Counted from the stretch's first letter, positions 1 through 10,601 are shown. The stretch is 32,000 nt of DNA from Nostoc sp. PCC 7120 = FACHB-418 (GCF_000009705.1 NC_003272.1:4350001-4382000), one strand, 5' to 3'. Notes: generated by a model from the sequence alone, not told the origin. A program made the numbers and translations.

Positions 1-501
1 AATTACGCGGTCTTTAAACTGTAACTGCTCTAGTAGTTTTTCTTTCTCTTGTTTGAGATTGAATATTTCGTCTGAAAGCCGTAACAGCTCTGCCGAAACA
101 GCGACAGAATTGATAGTTGATTGAGGTTGTGCCACCCGGCCATTATCATCTACACGTTCTTGCAAGTCCTCTTGCAACTTTGCATAGGTATCTGCTGCTG
201 CTTGCCAGCGCGGCCACAAATTTTTCAGTTGGGTGATGATGTTACTACCGGCTAAAATCTGCCTGGGTTCTGGATGAATTTTAATTAGAGCTGGTGTTGC
301 TACTAACTTAAAATGTTCTGCCAAGTATGGTTGTTGCCCGACATCAATGATTTGAAGTTCAAAGTTATACTCAGCCTGCAAGTCTTTTAAGTAAGCACGG
401 ATACGCTGCACCTGCTGTTTGGACTTGGGTCGTCCATCGACGAACAATAACAGCTGGAGTGGAGCCTCAGAATAAATAGGCTGATCCTGGGAAACTTGCA
501 T
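1..501 (-). CDS. sasA: Sensor histidine kinase SasA, N-terminal KaiB-like domain (gene continues past the window start)
   Basis: Absent from the ORF track because it runs off the window. Reverse translation from the ATG at 501-499 gives [41 protein letters not shown]...[22 protein letters not shown], a KaiB/thioredoxin-like module as in SasA. It stays open for 167 codons to position 1. Confidence 0.7.
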   Translation of the reverse strand, partial: MQVSQDQPIYSEAPLQLLLFVDGRPKSKQQVQRIRAYLKDLQAEYNFELQIIDVGQQPYLAEHFKLVATPALIKIHPEPRQILAGSNIITQLKNLWPRWQAAADTYAKLQEDLQERVDDNGRVAQPQSTINSVAVSAELLRLSDEIFNLKQEKEKLLEQLQFKDRVI

Positions 502-643
502 GGAATCGTGTTTCAGCACTGGTAACAACCCGGCGACGCTTTGCGGAAATTAGAATAGACTGACAGGTGTCGATGGTCGTTCTTTTTTCAATTTAATATC
601 TATTTTAGGTTTTTACTACACCTATCCACACAGGGTTTTTGAG

Positions 644-2140
644 ATGAGATACATATTTCTTGGCCTTTTATTACCTTTTTGTGTTGCTAGCTTGGAGAGA
701 AATGCTCTTGCCCTAGAATATCAGTCTCCGTCTCATAATCATACTCTGGCGGTTGAGTCAACTGATGGGAATTTTTATACTAAGGCTAGTTACCTGCTTC
801 AGCAGCAGTTGGATTTGATTGTACGCATTGAACAAGCTTTAGTTTCTCCAGATGCTAATCGGATGCGTGCTGTCCGGGGACAATTAATTTTTCAAGCTAA
901 AACGGTAGACAGTTTTCTCCAGCGCGACAAGGGCAACCATTTTTGTAATCTTGCAAACGATTCCCCTGACATAAGCGAATCACAAACAAAAATTTATTGC
1001 GCGCTGTCTGCTTCTAGCCAGGAATTATTAAAGCTTGCGCCTTTGCTAGATAATCTTTTGTCTCGTCGAGGTGAATTAGGTTTAGTTAGACGCTTACCCT
1101 TGGTGAGTGGTGAACGTAAGCTCGATCCTATACTGACTATTGCACCAATACAACAGCCAAACCTGGGGAAGCCAGCAGCGCCTTTATCAACCAGAGAACC
1201 AAATTTAGCACCGACCAATCAACAGACTACCACAGTGACTTCGCCATCTGGACTACCAATTATTGGCAGAGTTACGAAAACAGCTATAGTTAATTATCAG
1301 CCGCCGATACAACCTGCGATCGCACCACCTGATACGGCACTGCATATACTAGCAAATGCCAAGCGGTGGTTGACAGCAGCACAGATAGCATTTCCCCCAG
1401 AAACAAAATTTAGAGATGCACAGGAGACCGCGAGAGTACTTGACCGTTTTGCTTACGGACTTGACCCACAAGAACCGGAAACTTACGCTAAGTTTTTAAG
1501 ATTGCCACGTACTGGGATTTTTCGGGTTTTACCTGCTTCAGCTTACCAGCGTCCGCTAAATACTTTGTGGAATAGATTACAGCCCAATGTGAGTGAGCGC
1601 TATTCTTTTCCGACTTTGGGTAATACTCAGGGAGGACTTAATCCTAGTTTAACACTCCAGGTTGTAGAAGAGAACTTTCAATTTCAGCATCAGGGCATAG
1701 ACTATAGTTTTATGGTAGATGTGGGTGATGTGCCATTAGAGAAATTGGACAATAGCCTGAAAGTCTTACCCTCATCAAAAAAAGATTTTTTCTTAAACTA
1801 CCAACCCCCCAAACAGTTAGAAGCCTTACAAGCAGACAGAAGAAGGTTTGTGACTGGTAAAGACCAAAATTGGCAGCAAAATCAGGTAATTCTCACCCAT
1901 GCCACCGCTAAATTGAATCATACTTATTTAGTGCGATCGCTACAATTCCAACTGCCAGAGATTATTCTCAATGGTCAATTTGCCAACTTAGACAAAAGCA
2001 GCTACATAGACCAATTAAAACAAATTCGCAGCAGTGATATGATTATTGCCTTTCGACCAGTCCGTAGGCGTTCCGATGGTAGTTATACTATACTTTGGCG
2101 GGTGCTAAATGAGTTACCCTCACCACAGATTCAAAACTAG
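644..2140 (+). CDS. Hypothetical secreted protein (N-terminal signal peptide)
   Basis: 498-aa ORF with a hydrophobic N-terminus (MRYIFLGLLLPFCVASL). I recognise no family. Confidence 0.6.
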   Translation: MRYIFLGLLLPFCVASLERNALALEYQSPSHNHTLAVESTDGNFYTKASYLLQQQLDLIVRIEQALVSPDANRMRAVRGQLIFQAKTVDSFLQRDKGNHFCNLANDSPDISESQTKIYCALSASSQELLKLAPLLDNLLSRRGELGLVRRLPLVSGERKLDPILTIAPIQQPNLGKPAAPLSTREPNLAPTNQQTTTVTSPSGLPIIGRVTKTAIVNYQPPIQPAIAPPDTALHILANAKRWLTAAQIAFPPETKFRDAQETARVLDRFAYGLDPQEPETYAKFLRLPRTGIFRVLPASAYQRPLNTLWNRLQPNVSERYSFPTLGNTQGGLNPSLTLQVVEENFQFQHQGIDYSFMVDVGDVPLEKLDNSLKVLPSSKKDFFLNYQPPKQLEALQADRRRFVTGKDQNWQQNQVILTHATAKLNHTYLVRSLQFQLPEIILNGQFANLDKSSYIDQLKQIRSSDMIIAFRPVRRRSDGSYTILWRVLNELPSPQIQN

Positions 2141-2735
2141 GTAACGCAATTTGCTACTTATTTGGTAATGGGTAATTGAGCAGAAATTCTTACCCATTAC
2201 CAGTTATGAATTTAATGTGAGTCTCCAACAGAGGCGCACGTTAAATTCATAACCCAGGTGAAAAATAATTTAGCTTGACTTGTGCAGAGATTACAAGCTG
2301 GAAAAATTAGTCAATTTGGAGAACATTTGGCACAGAAATGAGGGCTAAACTTACAGAATTGGCTCCCCGTTTTGGCATAAGCCGTACAGTAAGGAAAACT
2401 TGTGATTCCCATACTGCTAGGAAGGGGTTTTGCACAGTTGGATAATCTTGGAGTGCGTTTGTTTGTAGGAGCCGAGAGAATCAAGGAAAGAAGTTTAGGT
2501 AAGCCCAAACAAGCGAAGATATTGATCAGCGTTAGTAAGAAAGCATCTAGTAACTCTATAGGTAATCACCCCCATTGGATAATCAGGTGGCTTCTGTTAT
2601 TGGCTGTCAATTTCATGCACCAGCTCGTACTCTCAGAACCATCAGTTCTAAGTTATATAAATTAACTTTAACATAAACTTTTACCAATACAACCGTGAAG
2701 GTCACGAAACTGCATACACCCAAGGTGGTGTAGAA

Positions 2736-4787
2736 ATGGAAAAGAGATATTCTAACGTAGTAGCAGAATTAATTAAGAAAAAACAATTTATTCCATTTGA
2801 GGTGTGCTTTATGACTAACAGTCAACCAGGATATTCATTACTATCCGATATTACAAAGGAACAAAGTAAAGAAATACAACGCTTAGTAGATTATACAAAT
2901 GTAGAGTCTTTACCAGAAATTTGGCCGATAGCTGGGAAGAAATTTGGTGAGACTTTAGCTCTTTACAATCCCCATGCTAAACCAGAGGTAAAGATTACTT
3001 ATCAACAACTAGCAGACAAAATCCAGCTATTTGCTTCTGGATTACAAGCATTGGGAGTTCAAGCAGGCGATCGCATCTCCCTAATAGCTGATAATAGTCC
3101 TCGGTGGTTCATTGCCGATCAAGGGATTATGACAGCCGGTGCAGTGGATGCGGTGCGTAGTTCCCAAGCCGAAAAGGAAGAATTACTTTATATTGTCGCT
3201 CATAGTGGCAGCACAGCTTTAGTTGTCGAAGATTTAAAGACATTCAATAAGCTGCAAGATAGACTCCACGACCTACCAATTCAAGTGGTAGTCATACTTA
3301 CCGACGAAACACCACCGACAGAACAAAGCCTCAAAGTATTGAACTTTCTTCAGTTAATCGAAGTTGGTAAAAATCATACTTTTGTCCCAGTCAAACGCAA
3401 ACGCAACGAACTGGCGACATTAATTTATACCTCTGGAACCACGGGAAAACCCAAAGGTGTAATGCTCAGTTATAGCAATCTCTTACATCAGGTCACAACC
3501 TTCCGAGTAGTAGTACAACCCAAAGTAGGTGATACGGCTCTCAGCATTTTACCTAGTTGGCACAGCTACGAACGGACTGTGGAATATTATTTATTGTCTC
3601 AAGGTTGCACACAAATTTATACAAATTTGCGCTCAGTTAAAGCTGACCTGAAACAATATAAACCCAACTACATGGTTGCTGTACCGCGTCTGTGGGAATC
3701 GATTTATGAAGGAGTGCAGAAGCAGTTCCGCGAACAGCCAGCAAACAAACAACGGCTGATTAAGTTTTTATTGGGCATGAGTGAAAAATATATCAAAGCC
3801 CAAAGAATTGCTCAAGGTACAAGTTTAGATCATCTCCATGCTTCATCGTTGGAACGATTAATCGCTAAGGTACTAGAATTTGCTTTTTTACCCTTCCATG
3901 TTTTAGGACAAAAGTTAGTGTATGGCAAAGTCAAGGAAGCAACAGGAGGAAGATTTAAACAAGTAATTAGCGGTGGCGGTGCATTACCAAAACACATCGA
4001 CACATTTTTTGAAATTATTGGCGTGCAGATTTTGCAAGGTTATGGTTTAACCGAAACATCCCCAGTCACCAACGTGCGCCGTCCCTGGCGTAATTTTATC
4101 GGGACATCCGGACAACCAATTCCCGGCACAGAAGTTAAAATCGTAGACCCTGAGACTCGCCAGCCTTTACCTGTTGGAAAACGAGGCTTGGTGTTATTGA
4201 AAGGGCCACAAGTCATGCAAGGCTATTACCAAAACCCAGAAGCAACTGCAAAAGCCATTGATCCTCAAGGTTGGTTTGATAGCGGTGACTTGGGTTGGGT
4301 AACACCAGATAATGAACTTGTGCTAACTGGCAGAGCAAAAGATACGATTGTTTTGTCCAATGGGGAAAATATCGAACCGCAGCCAATTGAGGATGCTTGT
4401 TTGCGATCGCCCTACATTGATCAGATTATGCTAGTGGGACAAGACCAACGTAGCATCGGTGCTTTAATTGTCCCCAACGTGGAAGCTTTGGCAAAGTGGG
4501 CAGAAAGCCAGAATCTCGTCTTGAGTGTAGAGGATGATAATTTAACCTCCTCATCCAGTCAAAAAATTAACCTGGAGAGTAAAATGATCCAGGGTTTATT
4601 TCGGCAAGAATTGAATCGGGAAGTGCAGAACCGTCCAGGTTATCGCCCAGATGACCGTGTTGGGCCGTTTAAACTGATTCTGGAGCCATTTTCCATTGAA
4701 AACGGCTTAATGACACAAACGCTGAAACTCCGGCGACACGTTGTCACAGAACGCTACCGCGATATTATCAACGCCATGTTTGCCTGA
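2736..4787 (+). CDS. aas: AMP-forming long-chain acyl-ACP/acyl-CoA synthetase
   Basis: Adenylate-forming enzyme motifs are present: YTSGTTGKPKGV (AMP-binding), GYGLTETS and the C-terminal KLRR. The true start may be the internal Met at about 2811 (MTNSQPGY). Confidence 0.85.
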   Translation: MEKRYSNVVAELIKKKQFIPFEVCFMTNSQPGYSLLSDITKEQSKEIQRLVDYTNVESLPEIWPIAGKKFGETLALYNPHAKPEVKITYQQLADKIQLFASGLQALGVQAGDRISLIADNSPRWFIADQGIMTAGAVDAVRSSQAEKEELLYIVAHSGSTALVVEDLKTFNKLQDRLHDLPIQVVVILTDETPPTEQSLKVLNFLQLIEVGKNHTFVPVKRKRNELATLIYTSGTTGKPKGVMLSYSNLLHQVTTFRVVVQPKVGDTALSILPSWHSYERTVEYYLLSQGCTQIYTNLRSVKADLKQYKPNYMVAVPRLWESIYEGVQKQFREQPANKQRLIKFLLGMSEKYIKAQRIAQGTSLDHLHASSLERLIAKVLEFAFLPFHVLGQKLVYGKVKEATGGRFKQVISGGGALPKHIDTFFEIIGVQILQGYGLTETSPVTNVRRPWRNFIGTSGQPIPGTEVKIVDPETRQPLPVGKRGLVLLKGPQVMQGYYQNPEATAKAIDPQGWFDSGDLGWVTPDNELVLTGRAKDTIVLSNGENIEPQPIEDACLRSPYIDQIMLVGQDQRSIGALIVPNVEALAKWAESQNLVLSVEDDNLTSSSSQKINLESKMIQGLFRQELNREVQNRPGYRPDDRVGPFKLILEPFSIENGLMTQTLKLRRHVVTERYRDIINAMFA

Positions 4788-4829
4788 TAATTCCACACTG
4801 CAAACTATTTAGAGTGAACGCGAAATTTT

Positions 4830-5282
4830 ATGACAGATGTCTCCAACCCTCAATTGTTGCTAAAGCGTGTCGTTAACGTCAAAGTTATCGTCACTCCCCT
4901 CTGGAAAGAGGAAGTACAACAGCAATTGCAAGCACAAATTAACCAACTTGATCAACAATTACAACAATTAGATCAAGAAGGACAAAGAGCGATCGCCGCT
5001 ATTCAAAAGCAAAGTCTCCAGCCACCAGGGCCCCAAACCCTGCAACAAATTGACAATATTCAACTCCAAGTCAATCAAAAGAAAAGCGAACTTCTAGAAC
5101 AAAAAAATCAAATGCTGCAAAACCTCCAGCAAGTACAATTGCTTGAGTTAGATCAAGAAGTCAATCAATTCCAGATGGAAGGTTTCTTCCGTGTCGAACG
5201 GGGAGATAACTTGATTAGCAAAATGCAGGTAGAAATCGTCATCCGCGATGGTGTTGTAGAAGATATTCGTGGCGACATTTAA
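4830..5282 (+). CDS. Hypothetical Gln-rich coiled-coil protein
   Basis: 150-aa ORF directly downstream of aas, with heptad-like Q/L-rich repeats. The family is uncertain. Confidence 0.55.
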   Translation: MTDVSNPQLLLKRVVNVKVIVTPLWKEEVQQQLQAQINQLDQQLQQLDQEGQRAIAAIQKQSLQPPGPQTLQQIDNIQLQVNQKKSELLEQKNQMLQNLQQVQLLELDQEVNQFQMEGFFRVERGDNLISKMQVEIVIRDGVVEDIRGDI

Positions 5283-5338
5283 ACGTTGCGGATTTTGAAT
5301 TGTAACTTTTGATTCCTCACACCACACTATTAACTCGT

Positions 5339-5890
5339 TCAATCACAACGTTGAGTTAAGTTACCCAAGGGTTGGTTACCATTTCCACATGATATTTGGG
5401 AACCAACCCAAACTATTTGCCATACAGGGGGTGAACTGGCAAAAAGCGATCGCCCAAAACTGTTCATCTCTAACCGATATTTGACTTCCCCAGATGTATC
5501 TTTGCTTTTTGAGACTTGTGTAACCGTGACTAAAGCTTGATTATGTTGAGGATAAGTTATCTCTACCTTGCGCTTACCACCCGCTACAGTCAAGTCATCC
5601 AGAAAATTGAGAGCTAAAGTTTTAGGGTCACTACCTTGCAGTGGAGAATTGATCCCTGACAATGGTATATTTTTATATTGAATCCTTTCTGTATCATGTA
5701 CAACTTCCTGAGAATTTTTCACAACTGATAATTGCTGTGGTGTGCTGCTGCTATTATCTACAATCAATGTAGGATTTTGGTACTGATGAAGATAAACACC
5801 AGCACCAGCAGTAGCAAAAAAACTAAGCAGCAAAATCAAAAACAATTTCAATTTTCCCGACATAGAATTAAACAAGTATTTCAACAACAC
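5339..5890 (-). CDS. Hypothetical membrane-anchored protein
   Basis: 183-aa ORF with one N-terminal TM/signal segment (LKLFLILLLSFFATAGAGVYL). Confidence 0.55.
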   Translation of the reverse strand: MLLKYLFNSMSGKLKLFLILLLSFFATAGAGVYLHQYQNPTLIVDNSSSTPQQLSVVKNSQEVVHDTERIQYKNIPLSGINSPLQGSDPKTLALNFLDDLTVAGGKRKVEITYPQHNQALVTVTQVSKSKDTSGEVKYRLEMNSFGRSLFASSPPVWQIVWVGSQISCGNGNQPLGNLTQRCD

Positions 5891-6092
5891 TAATTCTGAA
5901 TTTAGGGTTCTAAATTGGAGTTAAACTTCCACACCCTATCATCTACCTTGGGATAGCACCTGTGTCATGTTGATTAGTCATCAGCAACACAAATATACAT
6001 ATCTTGGATAGACCTGAAGTTGGTTTTGAAGTTCCAGGTTATAGGTAATAAGTAATGAGTAATCGGGACTACCAAGTAATTATTCCAATCCT

Positions 6093-6127
6093 CAATTACC
6101 AATTCCCAATTCCCAATTCCCAATTAC
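6093..6127. repeat. STRR-like heptamer tandem repeat, CAATTCC/CAATTAC x5
   Basis: caattac caattcc caattcc caattcc caattac, read directly. Inverted AGTAAT(N) heptamers lie at about 6047-6066. It sits upstream of pdhC. Confidence 0.85.
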
Positions 6128-6209
6128 TCAAAAACCCTCGTACCAAGATACAATTCGATCTGGCAAAAGCTGTTAAATTCCTTAAACCCATTGATTCTGA
6201 AACCACCCT

Positions 6210-7502
6210 ATGAGCATTCACGAAATCTTCATGCCGGCGCTGAGTTCCACCATGACCGAAGGCAAAATTGTCTCCTGGGTGAAATCGCCAGGCGATAAAG
6301 TGGAAAAAGGCGAAACAGTGGTGGTTGTCGAGTCAGACAAAGCAGATATGGATGTAGAAACCTTTTATGAAGGTTTTCTCGCCCACATCATTGTAGAAGC
6401 TGGTGATAGCGCACCTGTAGGAGCTGCGATCGCTTACGTAGCGGAAACCGAAGCCGAAATCGAAGCCGCTAAGTCTTTAGGCAGTTCTGGTGCTGCTGCG
6501 GCTACCCCTCCGGCCGCCCCTCAACCAGTCGCAACTACCGCCGCCGTAGGTGTACCAGCCACATCACAAAATGGCTCTAACCACCGTGAGGGTAGGCTTA
6601 TAGCTTCACCCCGCGCCCGCAAATTGGCAAAAGAACTGAAAGTTGATTTGACAAGTCTCAAAGGTAGTGGCCCCTACGGTCGCATTGTTGCCGATGACAT
6701 AGAATCTGCTGTTGGTAAAGTCAAGCAACCAGCCACGACACCATCTGCACCCACACCCACCTTTACCCCAGCCGCACCCCCAGCACCCCGCACTCCAGCA
6801 CCAGCGCCTGCACCAATAGCGGCTGCACCTGGGCAAGTAGTACCATTTAATACCCTACAAAACGCTGTCATTCGCAACATGGTGGCGAGCCTTGATGTAC
6901 CCGTGTTCCGTGTGGGTTACACAATCACCACCGATGGCTTAGACAAACTTTACAAACAAATTAAATCCAAAGGCGTAACCATGACAGCGCTACTGGCGAA
7001 AGCTGTGGCGGTGACATTACAAAAACATCCTTTATTAAATGCCAGCTATTCAGATCAAGGTCTTGTTTATCATCCTGACATCAATGTTGCGGTAGCTGTA
7101 GCGATGGATGGTGGCGGTTTAATTACACCAGTGTTAAAAAATGCCGACAAGATAGATATCTACTCCCTATCACGTACTTGGAAATCTCTAGTAGACAAAG
7201 CCAGGAGCAAACAACTACAACCAGACGAATACACTGGTGGTAATTTTACCCTGTCAAACTTGGGGATGTTTGGTGTCGATACATTTGATGCCATTTTACC
7301 CCCAGGACAAGGTTCAATTTTAGCGATCGGTGCATCTCGTCCCCAATTGGTAGCTACAGGCGATGGTTTATTTGGTGTCAAACAACAAATGCAGGTAAAT
7401 ATTACATCTGATCACCGGATTATTTACGGTGCTGATGCTGCCGCATTTTTACAAGATTTAGCCAAGTTGATTGAAACTGATGCTCAATCTTTGACACTGT
7501 AA
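6210..7502 (+). CDS. pdhC: Dihydrolipoamide acetyltransferase, E2 component of pyruvate dehydrogenase
   Basis: N-terminal lipoyl domain (VVESDKADMDVE), Ala/Pro-rich linkers, an E3-binding segment (ASPRARKLA...GSGPYGRI) and a catalytic domain with DHRIIYGA. Confidence 0.9.
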   Translation: MSIHEIFMPALSSTMTEGKIVSWVKSPGDKVEKGETVVVVESDKADMDVETFYEGFLAHIIVEAGDSAPVGAAIAYVAETEAEIEAAKSLGSSGAAAATPPAAPQPVATTAAVGVPATSQNGSNHREGRLIASPRARKLAKELKVDLTSLKGSGPYGRIVADDIESAVGKVKQPATTPSAPTPTFTPAAPPAPRTPAPAPAPIAAAPGQVVPFNTLQNAVIRNMVASLDVPVFRVGYTITTDGLDKLYKQIKSKGVTMTALLAKAVAVTLQKHPLLNASYSDQGLVYHPDINVAVAVAMDGGGLITPVLKNADKIDIYSLSRTWKSLVDKARSKQLQPDEYTGGNFTLSNLGMFGVDTFDAILPPGQGSILAIGASRPQLVATGDGLFGVKQQMQVNITSDHRIIYGADAAAFLQDLAKLIETDAQSLTL

Positions 7503-7503
7503 A

Positions 7504-7570
7504 GGTGTAAGGGTGTAAGGGTGAACTTTTCTGTATTCTCACCCCTATACCCCATACCCCTATACCCCCA
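7504..7570. repeat. Octamer tandem repeats (GGGTGTAA x2-3, then CCCCTATA/CCCCATAC x3)
   Basis: ggtgtaagggtgtaagggtga at 7504-7524 and cacccctataccccatacccctataccccca at 7540-7570. An inverted relative, ataccctcacacccctacacccttacacccgcc, lies at 8363-8395 on the other side of the TPR gene. Confidence 0.8.
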
Positions 7571-7615
7571 GCCTCGGTTTATCATAGATCAGAGCATGAT
7601 AGAGAGATTGGGGCG

Positions 7616-8314
7616 ATGAAGCAAAAAAGCCAGATGGAAACAAGATTTGTTAAACCTCTTAGCTGTCTAACGCTGAGTATCATTACAACCATTGGTATAT
7701 TGCCTCCCGCAACAGCACAGGAAACTTCCCCAGCGAAATCAGCCTGTGAGCAAGTTTTAAGCAACGCAGAACAAAAACCGCTCACCAAACAAGTACAAAA
7801 ACTGGCACAGTTTGCAGATCCCCAACAAGAGCGATCGCAAATGATTCAACAAGCTAATGCGCTATTTAGTCAAGGTGATTTACCAGGTGCAGAAGAAAAC
7901 CTGTGTAAATTCCTGAAAAAATACTCAGATGATGCCTTCGGACACTTTCAATTAGGCAATGTATTTTTCCGTGGGAAAAAAGTAGAAGCTGCAATCAGTG
8001 CCTATCAAGAAGCCATTCGCCTCAGATCGCGGTACGCCGTGGCTTACAATGCACTAGGCATAGTTTATGCTAGTCAAAGTCGCTGGAGTGAGGCGATCGT
8101 ACAATATCAAAAAGCTTTGGAAATTAATCCCGATTATGGCGATGCTTTAACTAACGTCGCTTTGGCATTGTGGCAAACAAATAAAAAAGATGAAGCACTA
8201 GCTTCTTTAGAAAAAGCTTTAAATATTTTCAAAAAACAGAACAGAAACGAAAAAGCTAACCAAGTCGAACAATTATTGCAGAGAATCAAAAACTCTGATG
8301 ATAATCTTTCATAA
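7616..8314 (+). CDS. TPR-repeat protein with signal peptide
   Basis: The 232-aa ORF has tandem TPR-like 34-mers (AISAYQEAIRLRSRYAVAYNALG; AIVQYQKALEINPDYGDALTNVA). Confidence 0.8.
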   Translation: MKQKSQMETRFVKPLSCLTLSIITTIGILPPATAQETSPAKSACEQVLSNAEQKPLTKQVQKLAQFADPQQERSQMIQQANALFSQGDLPGAEENLCKFLKKYSDDAFGHFQLGNVFFRGKKVEAAISAYQEAIRLRSRYAVAYNALGIVYASQSRWSEAIVQYQKALEINPDYGDALTNVALALWQTNKKDEALASLEKALNIFKKQNRNEKANQVEQLLQRIKNSDDNLS

Positions 8315-8532
8315 CTTTGGACAACGGATATAGGGATAAGAATAAAGAACAATTCAATTCTTATACCCTCACACCCCTACACCCTTACACCCGCCACAGG
8401 TGAAATTTTTCACCTTAATAAGGAAAATTTATGTAATTTCTTGCGAAACATAGCTGCTGATTTGCTAGTCATCCGGTATAGTTTGGCAGGGGTTTCTAGC
8501 TATATATCTGCTAAACAACCCAATTTAAGCAA

Positions 8533-10221
8533 TTGACAATCAGCAAATCACAGAAGCAAAAAATGAAACATCAGGGGTTTAACTTTTCTTCCTTAAGAAA
8601 TTTATTCTCGGTTTTATCCTTACCAACTGGAATCACAGCTTTATTAGTTGCTTCTAGCGGGTTCATGCTAGTACCTAGTGGAGTTAATGCTAGTGCTGCG
8701 CCAACGTTGACAGCGCAGGTTCCCACGACAGCGCCAGTAATTTATGTCAATCCAACAACTGGTGCAGATACGGCTAGCGGTGGTACGACAGCAGCAACAC
8801 CCTACAAAACAATTACCTTTGCGCTCAATCAAGCCCAACCAGGGGCGATTATTCAATTAGCACCCGGAAACTATAGCAGTGAAACTGGGGAACAATTCCC
8901 CTTAATTCTCAAACCAGGGGTGACGCTACAAGGTGATGAATCTACTAGAGGTCAAGGTGTCTTAATTACAGGTGGTGGTTTCTATACCAGCCGTACCTTC
9001 GCCAGACAAGATATTACCATTTTGGCTAATAACGATACCACGATCGCCGGCATCACCGCCACCAACCCCAATCAACGTGGTACTGCTGTGTGGGTAGAAT
9101 CCAGCAATCCCACCATTAGAAACAATACTTTTACCAATAGTGTTAGGGAAGGCGTTTTTGTCACTGGTACAGGAAACCCCAAAATTCAAGGTAATATTTT
9201 TATCCAAAACAAGGGTAATGGAATTTCTGTAGCCAGATCAGCTCAAGGAGAGATTAGTAATAACTTATTCCAAGATACTGGTTTTGGGATTGCGATCGGT
9301 GGTACTTCCACGCCTTTAGTAGCAGAAAACCAAATTGTACAGAACCAAGACGGTCTATACATCTCAGAGACAGCCAAGCCTGTTTTGCGTAAGAATGTTA
9401 TTCAAAACAATAAACGGGATGGCATAGTAGCAACCGTTAATGCTCAACCAGACCTTGGTACTAGTGAAAATCCTGGTGGTAATTTAATCCGCAGTAACGG
9501 TCGTTATGATGTAAACAACGCCACCAGAACAGTCCGCATTTTGGCTGTGGGTAATGATATTGACCAGAAAAAGATTTTTGGTCAGGTCGATTTCGTCGCT
9601 GCTACTGTTGAACCACCACCTTCTGGTCAAGGTACAGCCTTTACGGACGTAGCCACAAATTACTGGGCAAAAGGTTACATTGAAGCCTTAGCTTCCCAAA
9701 ATATTATTGCGGGTTTTCCTGACGGCACTTTTAGACCCAATGAGCCTGTCACCCGCGCCCAATTTGCCACTATTATCACCAAAGCCTTAACACCACAAGC
9801 TAAACGCAACGCCATTAATTTCCGAGATGTCAGCAGCAATTTCTGGGCTTTTGCAGCAATTCAAGCTGCATATCGGAGTCAATTTGTCTCCGGTTATCCC
9901 GATGGTACATTCAAACCACAGCAGGAAATTCCCAGAGTCCAAGCATTGGTGTCTTTAGCTAATGGACTAGGCTTAACTGCTAACAATCAAAATGTCATCT
10001 CTATCTATTCTGATGCTGGTCAAATTCCTGGTTATGCAGTTGGGCCAGTTGCAGCTGCTACCACAAGGCAATTAGTGATTAACTATCCTACAGTTAGTCA
10101 ACTCAATCCTAATCGTCCAGCTACCAGAGCAGAAATTGCTGCCTTTGTTTACCAAGCATTAGTCAATGCTGGACGCGCACAACCACTGCCATCATCTTAC
10201 CTAGTTCAAGTTCCCCAATAA
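8533..10221 (+). CDS. Cell-envelope protein: right-handed beta-helix repeats plus three C-terminal SLH domains
   Basis: Repeated N..I..N/G beta-helix motifs are followed by three SLH-like modules (FTDV..NYWAKGYIEAL...GFPDGTFRP; FRDVSSNFWAF...GYPDGTFKP; a third ends in RPATRAEIAAFVYQAL). The track start is TTG; the ATG at 8563 (MKHQ) is a likelier start. Confidence 0.8.
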   Translation: MTISKSQKQKMKHQGFNFSSLRNLFSVLSLPTGITALLVASSGFMLVPSGVNASAAPTLTAQVPTTAPVIYVNPTTGADTASGGTTAATPYKTITFALNQAQPGAIIQLAPGNYSSETGEQFPLILKPGVTLQGDESTRGQGVLITGGGFYTSRTFARQDITILANNDTTIAGITATNPNQRGTAVWVESSNPTIRNNTFTNSVREGVFVTGTGNPKIQGNIFIQNKGNGISVARSAQGEISNNLFQDTGFGIAIGGTSTPLVAENQIVQNQDGLYISETAKPVLRKNVIQNNKRDGIVATVNAQPDLGTSENPGGNLIRSNGRYDVNNATRTVRILAVGNDIDQKKIFGQVDFVAATVEPPPSGQGTAFTDVATNYWAKGYIEALASQNIIAGFPDGTFRPNEPVTRAQFATIITKALTPQAKRNAINFRDVSSNFWAFAAIQAAYRSQFVSGYPDGTFKPQQEIPRVQALVSLANGLGLTANNQNVISIYSDAGQIPGYAVGPVAAATTRQLVINYPTVSQLNPNRPATRAEIAAFVYQALVNAGRAQPLPSSYLVQVPQ

Positions 10222-10242
10222 AAAGCAAGGGGCAGTTATTAA

Positions 10243-10301
10243 ATATTCCAAGCGCCAGACAAGTATATACTCGTCTGGCGCTTGGAATATCGTGTTTTTT
10301 T
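10243..10301 (+). terminator. Rho-independent terminator after the SLH gene
   Basis: Perfect 18-bp stem: atattccaagcgccagac at 10243-10260 pairs with gtctggcgcttggaatat at 10273-10290. A T7 run follows at 10295-10301. Confidence 0.75.
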
Positions 10302-10601
10302 AACTTGGGGGTCTTTAAATTAGTTCGACCCCATTCAATGTGATCTGTCTATCTTCAGGGTCTTTATATTGGCTGACCCCGTTTGAACAATTACAAGTCT
10401 CTCAAAAAATCTATTAATTCCTCATTTCATAATATTTTTTTTATTTTTTATCGCTTTATATTTCATGATGTATAAAAACATAAATTATCTTAACGAATAT
10501 TAAGATAAATAAAGCCTGAAATTGACTACATTCAAAGCAAGAACAGTATTTATACTTATTAATCTAAGACTAGAGTATCTAGAGCAAAACTATTGTATTG
10601 C

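Noticed and set aside
2164-2250. Two inverted repeats after the 644-2140 ORF (GGTAATGGGTAA/TTACCCATTACC and ATGAATTTAATGTG/CACGTTAAATTCAT) as terminators
   Set aside because: Neither is followed by a T-run, and the loops are 14-17 nt. They may be structural or repeat elements, but I cannot support a terminator call.
2338-2448. 36-aa ORF (MRAKLTELAPRFGISRTVRK...) resembling the N-terminal HTH of an IS630-type transposase, and the track ORFs 2311-2508 and 2402-2665
   Set aside because: The similarity is only a short HTH-like string from memory. There are no inverted repeats and no DDE region. The region is treated as intergenic, possibly a decayed IS remnant.
6606-6880. Antisense ORFs 6606-6836 and 6674-6880 inside pdhC
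   Set aside because: They are open only because of the GC-rich Ala/Pro linker of E2. Their products are low-complexity Gly/Cys/Trp/Arg or Ala/Gly peptides.
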